Assembly: GCA_013265495.1 (NCBI GenBank)
Contig: MU058037.1
Location: forward strand, 993,498 to 1,057,497
Direction: 5' to 3'
DNA: 64,000 bases
From: Vicugna vicugna
Lineage: Eukaryota
Below, piece by piece: positions 10,849 to 24,100 of this stretch (within the stretch, counting starts at the first letter, position 1; the number at the start of each line of letters is the position of its first letter). Made by a program: the position numbers and the translations under genes. The notes beneath the pieces were generated by a model that saw only the letters and a list, made by a program, of their open reading frames with translations, searched no databases and was not told the DNA's origin.

Positions 10849-12328
10849 TCGGTCAGATCCCTCCCCTGTGTCTGTAGCTTTGAACTTCGAGGGGTTCTTT
10901 CTCCTTTTCCCAGCCAATCTCACTACTCTGGTGGAGTCAGGCATAGTTTGGACAGGGGGAGAAAGAGCTTCAGGGGTCGCCAAGGCTGCTCTTCGTGTGC
11001 CATGTAGAAATGTGGAAATGTGGGAAAAGCGACTGATGGGAATGGGGGTGGGGGAACACAGCAGCAGTCAAAAGAATAAGCTCCCAGCAGACTCCACAGA
11101 GCGCTGCCTTCTGGGGCTGCCTTGTTTATTTTTATCTTATTGCACTTTTGTTAATGGCCTTAAATCCCTCATGGGGGGGGGTGTGTGTACATATGTATGT
11201 ATATAGACATACATACATAGACACCTTTAAGATTTGGTCATGCTACAGTGAATATAAAATTGCCCTAGGTGGAGGGGAGCACTGTATTTATCTTATCAAG
11301 GAAGAATCATGCAAGAAGTAGTGAACATGGTAATTTCACAGTGCTAGACATTTGCTGCTCTTGCTTAAAAAATGATTATGGGTATTTAAGCCAAATTTCC
11401 CAGGTCTCACCTTCCTGCAAGTAGAAACTGGACCACAAAAACAACAACAAGCCATACATACTTGGCTTTACCCCACCCATAATTGTCACTCCTCTACACC
11501 TTAGGGGTCTCTCCTGAATGTGTAGACATTCACCCTTTTGGCTATGTCAACTGTCAAGTCTCTCCAAAAAACACTAGGGAAAAAAAAACAATGATCAAGG
11601 AAAGCAAAGTTTTCTGGACTTACTGCAACATAGGAGAACACTAATACAGTCTAAAGAGTATCTCAGAAGGGGGATATTAGGGACTGGTCTGGGTGATTTT
11701 AGGGCAAGAGAAATGGGTAGATCTTATAGCATGACAGCTAAAGATCAGCAGGCACAGAGAGTTGAGAATATTGAAGCAAGTATTAACAGGGAATATGTTA
11801 TTCTTGTTAAGTAAACTCTTTATTTGGCTCACAATTTTATCTTTCAGGAAAAAGTACTTCCTGGAACAAGTAGCTAAGTTTGCTTATTCTCAGAAGTTCT
11901 TAACATAGGAACAGAAAATTATCCCCTGTCCAATTATTGTTTTACATGGTGACAGGGAATTATGTTGGTTTCTTTTTGTCTGGTCTGTCTTGTTCAGGCG
12001 TTGATTCTTGGATACGCCAATGGTGAAAACATAACAATGCCCACAGAGCTACCAACGGCACCAGTGCCCACTAATGCCAAAGTCACTGCTGCCCCAATAA
12101 AGAAACAATACTCACTGAAGGTGCTGAAAAGTCTAAGAAGATAAATGGATTTCCTATTTCCTTCTCCTCTTTTCAGTCCCTCTATTACATGGCTACAAAG
12201 CACTTCAGATTAACACTCACCAATGTGTTAAACAGATTTTTCTGAAACTGCCCTTTAAGTTTCTCCTTGCTCATTATTGCCTTGTGAGGCAGTGCTAGCT
12301 CATGGCAGCTGGTTTAAACTTGAATATA

Positions 12329-13146
12329 AATTGGGAGTTTGATTCCACATATGAGCAATCTCATATGGTATTTCTCTTTCTCTTTCTGGTTTACTTCACT
12401 TAGAATGACATTCTCCAGGGACATCCATGTTGCTGCAAATGGCGTTTTATGTTGTCAGTTTTTATGGCTGAGTAGTATTCCCTTGTATAAATATACGACC
12501 ACTTCTTTATCCAATCATCTGTTGATGGACATTTAGGCGTTTTCATGTCTTGGCTATTGTAGATAGTGCTGCTATGAACGTTGGGGTGCAGGTGTGTTTC
12601 TGAAGTAGGGTTCCTTCTGGACATATGCCCAGGAGCGGGATTCCTGGGTCATATGTTAAGTCTATTCCTAGTCTTTTGAGGAATCTCCATACTGTTTTCC
12701 ACAGTGGCGGCACCAAACTGCATTCCCACCAGCAGTGTAGGAGGGTTCCCCGTTCTCCACAGCCTCTCCAGCATTTGTCATTTGTGGACTTTTGAATGAT
12801 GGCCATTCTGACTGGTGTGAGGTGACTGGTATCACCTCATTGTAGTTTTGAAAAAAAATGAACATAAATACAAAACAGAAACAGACTCATAGACATAGAA
12901 TACAAACTTGTGGTTGCCAAGGTGGCGGGGGGTGAGAAGGGACAGACTGGGATTTCAAAATGTAGAACAGATAAACAAGATTATACTGTATAGCACAGGG
13001 AAATATATACAAGATCTTGTGGTAGCTCACAGAGAAAAAAAAATTGTGACAATGAATATATGTATATTCATGTATAACTGAAAAATTGTGCTCTACACTG
13101 GAATTTGACACAACATTGTAAAATGACTTCAATTAAAAAAATAAAA
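12329..13146 (+). mobile_element. 5'-inverted (twin-primed) L1: inverted segment ~12341-12850, direct 3' end 12851-13146
   Basis: Minus-strand L1 ORF2 C-terminus (ORF 12543..12806) joined to a plus-strand 3' UTR and poly(A). Perfect TSD taaacttgaatata at 12315-12328 and 13147-13160. Confidence 0.92.
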
Positions 13147-14910
13147 TAAACTTGAATATACAGTGCTACTCACTTGACACCCTCCCCTAGTTCAACCTTT
13201 TCAGTATTCCAGCAATGCTATCTTCTCTTAGGATTCATTCACTCCCAGGAGGCAATTTCATTCCTCAAGCAAAAAAAATTCCTTATGGGTCCATCTCCTG
13301 GAGTCTCCAAATATACCTAACTTGCCTGAACACTAAGGCCAGTACACTTTATTCTCTCAAACCAACTCTCCCAAATTAAATCTTGTTGATTTAAATTTTA
13401 GATAATTTGAAATTTAATTGGCTTTTTTAAAAAAAAAGTACTTTTTCATAAGCCAAAGTGGTTCTTACAAAGCCATGAATGTTCTGCCCCTATTATAAAT
13501 AGAATTCTAAGTAAAACCTAAAACTTACAGCTTTAAAGCCTGCGCAAATGTTCCTGTTTTACAATTACAGTTACTTGTTTCTAGGTTCTTTATGAAGGTT
13601 CAGTTTTTTTTTTTTAGTGATATGCTTATAATTCAAAAACAATGAATACAAAGGGGGGAAAAGTCTGTCAAATAAAATATCCATGACTTATTTTCTCTTT
13701 TTTTCCTGGAACCAGTGTTTTTCTGTCTAAACTGAGACATTTCTCATATGACAGAACGTTGTCCTTACACATGACCCTCAGTGAAAAAAAGCCAGCTCTC
13801 TTTCTTAGTTGGCTAAATTTGCTTACGTTGCTCATTGGGTCTTCTTCAAATTATTTTAGAAATAAATTCTGAGTTTAGCTTTTGAGTCATGAAAGCATGC
13901 TTTACTACAGACAAGCCATGTTAACTTCGAGACACCCCCCGCCCAGGAGCTGTTCTGGTTCAGCCCTACCAACAGCTCTGCTTGGAGTGTTTGCTGGTTT
14001 TTAGCTGAGAAGCCTGACCTGAAAGGCCTTAATAAATTTTCTTTTGGTGAAATTGTTGATAAGATAAAGGGTATTGGCCTTCCATTTATCCCCATCAGAT
14101 TTAAGAAGCTATCTTGCCTCACTAGAAAAGCTGCCTTTACAAACTTATCCTTATTTAGTACCTTTAAACAAAACATTAAATAGGCTTCCATTCAGCCACC
14201 TCCTTCAGGGCAAGGAGACTCTGTCCTACAAACTAATTTCTCTTACAAGTTGCTAGGCTTACATTCCACTGACGAAAGAGAGATTTGGTGTCTGTCCACC
14301 TGTAACAACGATTGGATATAAAAAGGTTTGGGTTTGGAAACATAAAAGAAAATTGGACCTTTTGAAATTGCTTGGATTCATGTAGGCCCATTAGAATTCA
14401 GTTGCCTCCAAAGAAATCTCAATAGCACTGATGATGAAGAATTATGGACTGCACAATGAAGGAGGATCAATGTGCACAATTAATGCTAGGAAGCAGGTTG
14501 AGACATCTCGGTCTAAGTCACATGCCATCTGGCCCATGAGCAGTCATTCTACCAGAGTGACACCAAAGGTCGGCAGGAGTGAGAGCCGTATGTCACGCTG
14601 CCAGGCTCCTGGATTTTATTTCTCATTTAAGGGAATCTGATCTGTCATTCCTCTGGCTCCCGTGGGCTTTAAATTCACATAATCAACATATCACTGCCAG
14701 AGACTTTGGAATAGCTGAGGCAGTTTAAAGGTGAGTGGAGAATAATCATGTTCCCAAGCTGGATGCCTTCAGTTCTGCAAAGAAATAAAAATTTCATCTT
14801 GGGTTCCAAAAAGTAAGGCAAATTGCCCAGTGTGAAAAAGACCTCAGCTCTCCTTCCACGTATCTATTTTTTACATCCTGGGAGGGCTGGCCATTTGCAA
14901 AAGCTTAGAG

Positions 14911-16288
14911 CAGTGCTTCTCAAAATGTGGTCCACAGACCCCTAGGGATTCTCCAGGCCCTTTCTGAGGGTTCTGGGGGTCAAAACCATTTCCATAATAG
15001 TTCTAAGAAGTTACTTGCCTTTTCCACCATTTGACATTTGTGATGATGGTGCAAAATCAATGGTGGATAAAACTGCTGGCTGCTTAGCACCAATCAAGGC
15101 AGTGGTACCAAACTATTCTAGTAGTCACTGGATCTTTTTACTGCCACGCAGTAAAGAGAAAATGTGTTTCACTTAAGAATGTATCTGATGAAGTTCTTAA
15201 AAATACTAATTTTATTAAATCTCAACCCTTGAGTACACATCTTTTTCATATTTTGTGTGACAAAATGGAAAAAAGTATATATAAAGCACTTTGGGGGCAT
15301 ACCGAAGTGTGATGCTGTCTCAAGGAAAGGTATGTATACCATCATTTGAGTTGGAAGGTGAACTCTGCTTTTTTTTGTGGAACATTATTTTCACTTGAAA
15401 GAACAACTGACAAGCTATGGCTATTCAAACTTGGGTATCTGGCAGACATTTTCTCAAAAATGAACAAAGTTAGCCAGTCACCTCAAGAAAAACAACTGAC
15501 AGTATCTGTTTCCAATTACAAAATTTAAGCTTTTGAATGAAAATTATTATTTTGAAAATCTTGTATCTGCCACCATGACCCTGGCAGCTTCCCAGTACTA
15601 AAAGCTTATCTGATGAGATCAGTGGTAATTAATAATGAATGTAGTTTTTGAAACTGTATAATGAAATATGTCAACACTTGGAAATTATGCATAACTCAGT
15701 GAATCAGTATTTTCCAAATGACCAATGGTTGATGTTACACAATTATGCATGGTTAAAAGGCTCATTTAAAATCAAGACAGCAGTGGATTTGAGTGTAACA
15801 GAGTATGAAAGCCTCACTGATATGTTTCAGATTCCATATTGCAACTAACCTTTAAGAAACTAATACTTGCTGAGTTTGGTTTAGTTTACAAGAAGAATAT
15901 CCACAATTACCTGAAAGGCTATCCTAACACTCCTCTCTTTTCCAACAATATATCTGTATGAACCTGGATTTTTTTCCTAAGTTTCACCAAAACCAAACAT
16001 CCCAGAAGACTGAACTCAGAAGAAGATATGAGAACACAGTTGTCTTCTGTTAACCTAGACATTAAAAAGATTTGCAAAAATTTAAAATAGTGTCACTCTT
16101 TTTTCTTTTGTAAAATCTATTTCTCATAAAAATGTGTAATTTATGTTAATGTGTAATGGCTTGTTATTTTTTTAATGAAATAATAAATATTTTAAAGTTT
16201 CTTGATCTACTTCACATAAACAAAAGCTCTTTTGAGTCCTCACAACAGAGGTAGAAGAGTCATGCGAGTGAAATGTCTAAGAGCTGCT
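14911..16288 (+). mobile_element. hAT-Charlie DNA transposon relic (Charlie1-like)
   Basis: Starts with the TIR-like cagtgcttctcaaa. Degraded transposase peptide LWLFKLGYLADIFSKMNKVSQSPQEKQLTV (ORF 15346..15528) resembles the hAT WL..LAYLADIF..LN motif. Confidence 0.8.
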
Positions 16289-19200
16289 ACAGCTGATCTT
16301 TAACGCTCTGTCACCTTCCCTCTCAGAGACACTGCATTCCCCACATTCACTGCCCCAAACTCTGTTTCATCCAAATCAAATTGCCTAGAAGGTCCCAGAC
16401 CGTCCCTATTTTCAAAATTAGCTGATGGTGGCATGGAGAAGGGAAAGAAAGATCAAGGTCACTTATACACTAAGCAGTGTGCCATGCACCTAATGTATGG
16501 TCTCTCATTTAATCTTCACAACAGCCCTATCAGATAACAATAATAATAATGATATATCCAAATAATGAGGCAGCAGGACCCATGGGGAGCCAACGCTACT
16601 GCAAAGGTCAGCAATAGCCCATGCCCCTAAGAATTACCTAGAGCACAAATAAAGACAAACGTTTTACAAATACCACACCACTTCTTTTCAAATACATGAG
16701 CATGTTGCTATACTTATATAAAACTTCACTGTAAAGCATTATCAAATTCACAAAAGCTCTATTATCACTATGTTTTTTTTAATTTCAATCAATGAATCAC
16801 AACAAATAAATCCCACAAATGTGGGAGATGAAAAGTTTTTGACAATGAAAAGGGAACAAAGGGATCTTTATCTTTGAAAAAAATTGAGAAACACTGCAAT
16901 GTAGTAGCGTAACTACACTGAACCCACAGCAAAATCAGAACCTTTGGGACAATGCTAAGCTGTTTAGAGTAATATCCTTCCCAGGAAAAGCCCACTTTTG
17001 CCATCAAAGTATTTAAAACTCTAGAAAGGGGCGTCAATACACACATATGAAAGCCAACCAATGGCCCAGGATAGTACAGAGTTGGGTTAGGGACACAGAC
17101 ATGAAGTGCTATAAGAATTCGAGGGACGTAGAGAACTTCTGGTCAAGATGGTACTGGATGAACTAAGACTAGAGCTGCATCTTTAAAGACAGAATTTAAA
17201 TAGGCAGAGAAGATAGTGACTAGCCTTCCAAGTCAAGGGAATCATGTGGACAAAGATGTGGAAAGTAGATGTGTTCAAGGGATTATGCTTGTCTCATATA
17301 AGGAAGTAATGAGAGATACAGTTGGGAAAGGCAGTTCAGGGCCAAATGTTGAAGGATTTGGATGGACTAATGAGGAGTATAAACTTACCCCTCCAGGCAA
17401 GTCAAAATCATTGAAGAAAGATATAAAAGAAAGCGAGCAGAGCATACTACAGACTGGCAAACTGGGACAGGAATCAGAACGTCCTATGAGGAAGCAATTT
17501 ATAGCTCAGGACTGAGATTGTGCAGGTCTGGGTGAGAAATAGAAGCCAAAAGAAATGAGCATGTGGGAGACACCAAGAGGCCACGGTTGGTGACTAACTT
17601 AATGGGAGGAGGCAACCAAGGAGGGAAAGGGAGATGACTCCCAAGTTTTTAAGCCCAAAAGACTATCACATGATCCAATCAGTAAGGAATCGTTCGGCCT
17701 GGGGCACATTTGCTTACTAAATATCCTGTAAGTTTGGCCCTGGTCCACCAGAGGCTCTGAGGCCTATGTTTAAGTGACATGGAGGAATTTTGTCTGGGCC
17801 TAAAAAGGTTATTGGTGCAGTATCCTGAACTCACTACTCATCAATGGTTCAGCTGTTTGGGGGCTGCCTGCCCTCCTCTACTCCATGGCAGTTAGCCTTG
17901 AATTTTAAGGCTGCAGGTGTCCACTCACTACCCCAGCCCACGTCCAGGCTGCTCCAATTCTGCTGGATTCTCCCTGGGCTTTTGGACCAACAATCCCTTT
18001 GGACTTGGCTTTGTTTCTTTGAGGATACTACCTTGGATTGAGAGCCTTGATTCTGTACTGACACCTGGGCTCACTGAACCATGACTCAATTTTACTTGGC
18101 TTTACTCCATAGCTGTGGCTACCAGGCACCTGCCTTGACTCTCTCTTGCTCTCCCAGATCCTGTTAAACTCTCCCTTTTCCGCATCAATTGGAGAGAAGA
18201 TCAACTGGACTTTTCGTATAGTACTAGGTCCAGTTCTGAAAAGTGCTTGGCAACAGTTAAAAGGAAAGGGATCATAGATATGAAAAGGAGAAGGACAAGG
18301 GAAAAGCTATGAACATTTTCCGTATGGCGAAGGGGAAGGAGGGTGACATGATGATGATCATCATCCTCAGGTACAGAAAGTGCTCTGTTGGAGAAAGTCC
18401 TCCCATCCGGCCAAGGGCAGACCAAGGGCTTAGTTACAGCTCAGGGGATTTATGGAAGATAAAAGAATTCCCTGGACAAATGTGGAAATGGGTTTCAGAG
18501 GGGTTTTATGTAATTACCTTCACAGGGGATGGCTAAGAATAGCACAGCTTCTCTGGCAGCCGGGAGGTGAAGAGGTGTTATGTGGACAAGCAGAAGGTGA
18601 ACTTAGGTCTTTTCCTGCCGCCCCTTCCATAACTTCTGCTCTTCTTAAGAGCTCTGAACCCTTCTCCGGAGCAAAGGCTCTTGGCCAATTCCTGATATTT
18701 TTAGAATAAAATCAGCTAGTAAAGCTGTTGCCCCAGTGGTCACCAGAGCACTGCAGTGGGGATAATTCCAAAAGTCACAGAAGCAGTTTCTCACTAAATG
18801 ATACTGTAGGCAGACTAAGAATTATTTCTTTAACTGAAGGGTTGCATGGCTGGTTTTTAATTAGAATGGATTAATACAGTGTTCCCATTTATAAAAACTA
18901 AAATTGAAAGGAAGGAGATGCAATGAGGTAATTAAAGTAAGGAAAATATCCTCCAGATCCTCTCCCACCCAAACATAGCCCTCAAAAAGAGAAGGAAAAT
19001 TAAATAAAATTTCATGTTATCCTTTATATACTTAGGTAACTTCACGTACTTAGATAACCTCTGTATCTAACATCCCCAGGATATTACATAGCTGTAAGTT
19101 TCTAGTGTGTATATATGTGCACATGAATATATATACATGTGCATGGTTATTCGTACGTGCAGATACATACTTTTGTACCTATATCATCATATAAACACAT

Positions 19201-20269
19201 GTGTGCATATTTTTGTTTACAATAGTATATGACAATGTATATAAATACCACTTCTATTTCCAGAACAGCATTAACACAGCGCTTCTCAGATTAATTACCA
19301 TTTCCCTCTCAACTAACTGGTTTGGCAAAATCAAAAACTTTACGTGCTAGTGTACAAGATGACCTACCTGACTCTCCACTGAAAAACTGTGAAATGTGTC
19401 ATTGCATTTCCATTCTCAGAAGCAATGGTAAGTAGTTGGTAAGCTTCCTCTTGTTTGTCACAGCAACATCCTTTGAATGCAACTGTAGAAAGGTACCAAA
19501 GGGGGAAAGAAAGACAGGAAGGCTATATATGTGCATATCAACTCCAAACCCACCAATGACAAAGTCCCATCAGAACAAGTCTGTCCCCTCAATAGCTCTC
19601 ACATCTGTCCCCACCACTCCATCCCATGCCACCAGCATGTCCTATCTCCGCAACAGCCTCTTAACTGGCCCCTCAGGCTTCTGTCTTATCCCTCTCCAAG
19701 TGCACTCCACACCGTCACCAGCTTACTCCCCATTAAACAGAAATCTGACTGTGTCACTGGTTTGATTTCAGTTGTTCAGTGGCTCCCAGATGCCTACAGG
19801 ATCAAGTCCAGACGCAGCAACATAATCCTTCAAGGCTCTTCTCCCTCTGGCCTCTGCTAAATTAATTTGCTTAACACTAACCCCTTCTCAGCCACTCTTC
19901 AAGCTCCAGCTCTAGCGAGCCATTTCCAGCCCCTCCCAACAGGTTTTCCCCACCACATCTGCATGCTTTCCAGCAGCCTGGCCTTTCTGCCTGGAACTCT
20001 CTGCTCTCTGCTTGCCCCTCCACAGCTCTCTCTGATGGATACTGCAAGACTCATGTCTGGCTTCATCTCTTCCAAGAGACCACACATCCAGTCCTGTCTC
20101 TTACATACATTCCTCTAACAGCTGCAGGATTAACCAAGAGCACCAGCAAAGCAAGAGCTCAAAAACAAGCACAGAAAAGACTTCGGAAAGACTCTGATAT
20201 TTATTTCCCTCAAAAAGCATCAAAGTAGTTACCATGGCGGAAAAAAATCAGAACTTACGTGGACTTTGC

Positions 20270-21150
20270 TGTATTTATTTTACTGTTACTAAAAATTTTT
20301 ATAGTGAAATATATATATACATATATATATATATATACACACACACACAAATTGTTAATGTAAATACCTCCCAGATCAAAAAACCTAATATCACCAGTAG
20401 CTCAAAAGCCCCCTTGTGGGACCTTCCAGTCACCAACCCTCCAAGGGCAACCATTCTCCAGACTTCTGATAGTAGAGTTTAGTTTTGCATACTTTAATGT
20501 TTCATATAAATCCAGTCATAAAATGTGTTCTCTTTTGTGTTTGGTTTCTTTCATTTAATATCATGTTTGTGGTAAACATTCATATGTATGCAGCTGTGGT
20601 CTCTTCGTTGTTATTGTAGACTAATAGTCAAGTATTTACCTACTCTACTGTTGATGTGCATTTGGGTAGTTTCCAGTTTTGGACTATTACAAATAGTGCT
20701 TCCAAGAACATCTTCTACATGTCTTCTGGCAAGCATATGTGTGCATTTCTGTTGGGTAAACATTAGGTTGAAAAATATGAAACTGCCAATATTCAACTAT
20801 TTTCGACTTACTAAGATGGCAACTGATACCTAGAGGTGGAATTGCTGGGTCATAGGTTACACGTAGATTAAGCTTTAGAAAATACTGGCCTACTAGTTTT
20901 CTAAAGTGGCCATAACAATTTATAATCACACCAGCAGTATATGAGAGTTCTGCTGTTCTAAATCCTTTTGTATTTTAGCCATTCTGCAAGGAGGGATGTA
21001 TAAATAAATCATGCTACGGTTTTCACAATTAGTGAAGTTAAGCACCTTTTCATATATTTGTTGGCAATTCACATATCCTCTTTGGTGAACAAGTTCAAGT
21101 CATCTGCCCAATTTCCTACTGAGTTGTCTGTCTTATTAATTTATTATTAT
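20270..21150 (-). mobile_element. Old L1M 3' fragment containing a (TA)n(CA)n microsatellite at ~20309-20349
   Basis: ORFs 20611..20796 and 20687..20929 give L1 ORF2 C-terminal-like peptides (VTYDPAIPPLGI). Confidence 0.75.
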
Positions 21151-24100
21151 TATTTTGACTTCATGGCTGAGGGCACTGTAATTCTTCCATTGCTTAGCTC
21201 TATAAACATTTTTATTCTCAAACAACTCTGTATTCACCTCTGTCCTATGATATATTACACTGTTGGAACTGTTATTTACAAATCTACTTTTCCTTATGAA
21301 CCGACAAGTAATTTTTAAGTTATGAAATAATTGGGAGCTAGAACTCTTATTCATCATTGTATTCCCAGCCCTACAACAATATCTAGCAGGTGTTTCAAGA
21401 AATATTTGTTAAGTGATATGCATTTAACATAGTATTCTTCCTAAATTGGAATTAAACTATTATTATATCCCATTGTATAAAGTTTATGTCAGAGCAAGGC
21501 AAACTGTGAAGTAGAGCATTCTGCTTCTGTCTCCACTACTTTACAAAAGAACTCTAGTTGCAAAAGTACAGAGACAATAATCAGAGCATAGCAACAGAAT
21601 TTTTCTATTTAAATTATAATGACTACAAATAATAAGCAACAACAACCTCATATAATTAAAAAGAAAAAATCAAGATCTTAATAGCTTTATGGGCAAAAGG
21701 CACTGCTGTGTAGGTAATCTGCATCAAGAGAAGTAAAAACCAAAAAGCTAATTAGTAAAATTAAACAACCAGTCACACTTTTATATACTTAATAGGTGCA
21801 AAATATTAGCAAAGTTGGAACTAATAATACCTAGAACTGTTCAGGTTTTACTAAATGTGACATCTTCTTATATTGTTCTTCATGATGCTTGATATTATAG
21901 TTGTTGGCTTAGACACTGACTTCCCCCAGTATACTGTAACTTTCCTATGGGCAGGACCCTTTCCTGATCTAGTTCTATTGTAAAATGATGTATATGCCCG
22001 CATACATACAATCTTGTTAAAAAGCAGTTTGTCAGTAAGTATATTTCAAAAGCTTATACATGCCCCCTTTGATCAAGTGGATTCATTCTTAAATATTTAT
22101 TCTAAAGAAAACAATCAAGAGGAAAGGAAAAAATTCTACACATTAAGGTATTTAACTCTGTATTGTTTACAACAGTTTAAAAATGAAATCTGTAGTAAAT
22201 TTCTAACAATAAACAAATGATTGAATAAAATGTCACAGAAACACTAAAGAATATTATGTTGCCATTAAAATGGAAGAGTATTTAACACCATGGATGCATG
22301 CCAATACTATTAAATGAAAAAAAATCATACAAATCATATTATGCTCTGACTAAAATTATACCATATAATTATGCAAGATCCAGGGAGCAACATGGGAGAA
22401 GACAAATAAAAAAGAAATAATTAGAGAATTTAAGGTTCTGGATTATAACAGAGTTTCCTTATTAAATGTTGCTCCTATGCATTCCTTCACTACGCCGCCC
22501 CCTGCCACTCCCCTAGACACACCCACGATGATCTCTCACCTGGATGGCTGCCAAAGCCTCCTAAATGGTCTTCCTACATCTTCCCTGGTTCATCCACAAT
22601 CTAGTCTCAGCATAGCCAGAATCATACTGGAAATCATCAGTCAGATCTTGGCACTTTTCTGCTCAAAAGTCTCCAATGTGCTTCCCATGAGAAGATAGGG
22701 GAAAGCTTAGTAAATTTGAGAAACAAAAAGAAGACCAGTGTAACTGGGGAAAAAGCAATGGAGACATGCCAATGGAAAAGGGAGAGCCAAGTCACACAGG
22801 GCCTTTAGGTCTGGGTACGGTGTTGAGATATTACTGTAAATGCAATGGAAAGATCATTGAAGGATTTAAAACAGGAATGACAGTGCTGTTATCATAATAT
22901 TGCATGTGAACTTTGGGGCTAAAGTCACCGAAGTCCTGGGCTAATCAAAATGCAGTATGACAGCTAGCACTCTGCCTCATGTGCTGGAGGCGGATCTTAA
23001 ATGATAGTCAATTTACTGTTCTTATTCTACAATAAGTATTACTTCATACATATTACCGACGGCCCTGGGTGAGGGAGTAGCTTCATTATTACTAGTGTTT
23101 GTAGAGTAGTTTTAATATGCTGAATGCTTTAGAGTGGTTTTTATTCGATGCTTACAATAAAATTGAGGCACTGAGGTTTCAGTTCCTAAAGAACCATTTA
23201 TGCTTAAAAAGGCTTTTGATTGATTTCTTCCCAACAAGCTATGTGCATTAACTCAAACTCAATCTGCACCGGAGCCTATGTGTATGCAAGTGAAAGGTGA
23301 AATGTGAATCTCCAAGGACCCTTGTTGATAGGTAAAAATTTCCTCTGAAGCATTCATGACAAATCCACCCTAGCATTCTCCTAGATGCGTTCCCAGGTAA
23401 CACTGAAAGGTGGGCAGAGAAGATTCTTTCACCTCAGATGAATTCTCCAAAGACTGTTATATGTCTTGAGGAGAAATGGAAAATACCAAATGCTTATGCA
23501 TGCTTGTTGTATTAAAATAACTAAGAAAAAAACAGGACTGGCTTCTATGTAAAATAAACTCTTCCAATAGTCAGCAGTTTAAAGGAAGCTTTAGACTCTT
23601 CAGTTACAGATACTGCTGGGTAAAGGCAATAATTCAGTAGAACTTTATCTAGAGCAGTATTTCTTTCAAAATAAATTTTTGTTATATTTTCCCATTAGAA
23701 AACAAAACGTAGACCTCCGGTTCCTCAGATATGGATCTAATCTCCCGTTCACCAAAGGGATACTAAAAATACTAAAAAGGCCATGTGGGCAAAATAAGAG
23801 ACCCCCTACTAGAAGCAAGCTGCGGTGGCCTGCGGATACCAAAAGGCCTTAGGCCTTGGAAGCTGAAGAAACAGTGGTCAGGATGCACGACTCGGTTACC
23901 AACAGGGTGATGGCTGGAGAGTCTTCAACTTTCTTAGGCCCTCAGCTACCCACAGGCAGGGTCACAAAGGTTTTGTTCTCTGGGGAAAATGACCTGAAGA
24001 CATTTTGGTTTCAGAAGACTCAAAAGAGAGGGCATGAGCAATCACAGGGCTGAACACAGGTAAACTTAGGGGGAGTCTAACAACTGAAGTGGGCTATCCC

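Noticed and set aside
10639..11206. Plus-strand ORFs of 122 and 112 aa over the retrogene 5' region
   Set aside because: They have non-ATG starts and no recognisable domain, and are explained by higher GC content antisense to the retrocopy leader.
11550..12036. LTR-like segment upstream of CBLL2 (also 4905-5900)
   Set aside because: It looks like an old ERV LTR, but I cannot assign family or boundaries without Dfam, so it is not listed as a feature.
18201..18709. Cluster of short ORFs that could be a processed-pseudogene fragment
   Set aside because: No recognisable peptide, poly(A) or TSD.
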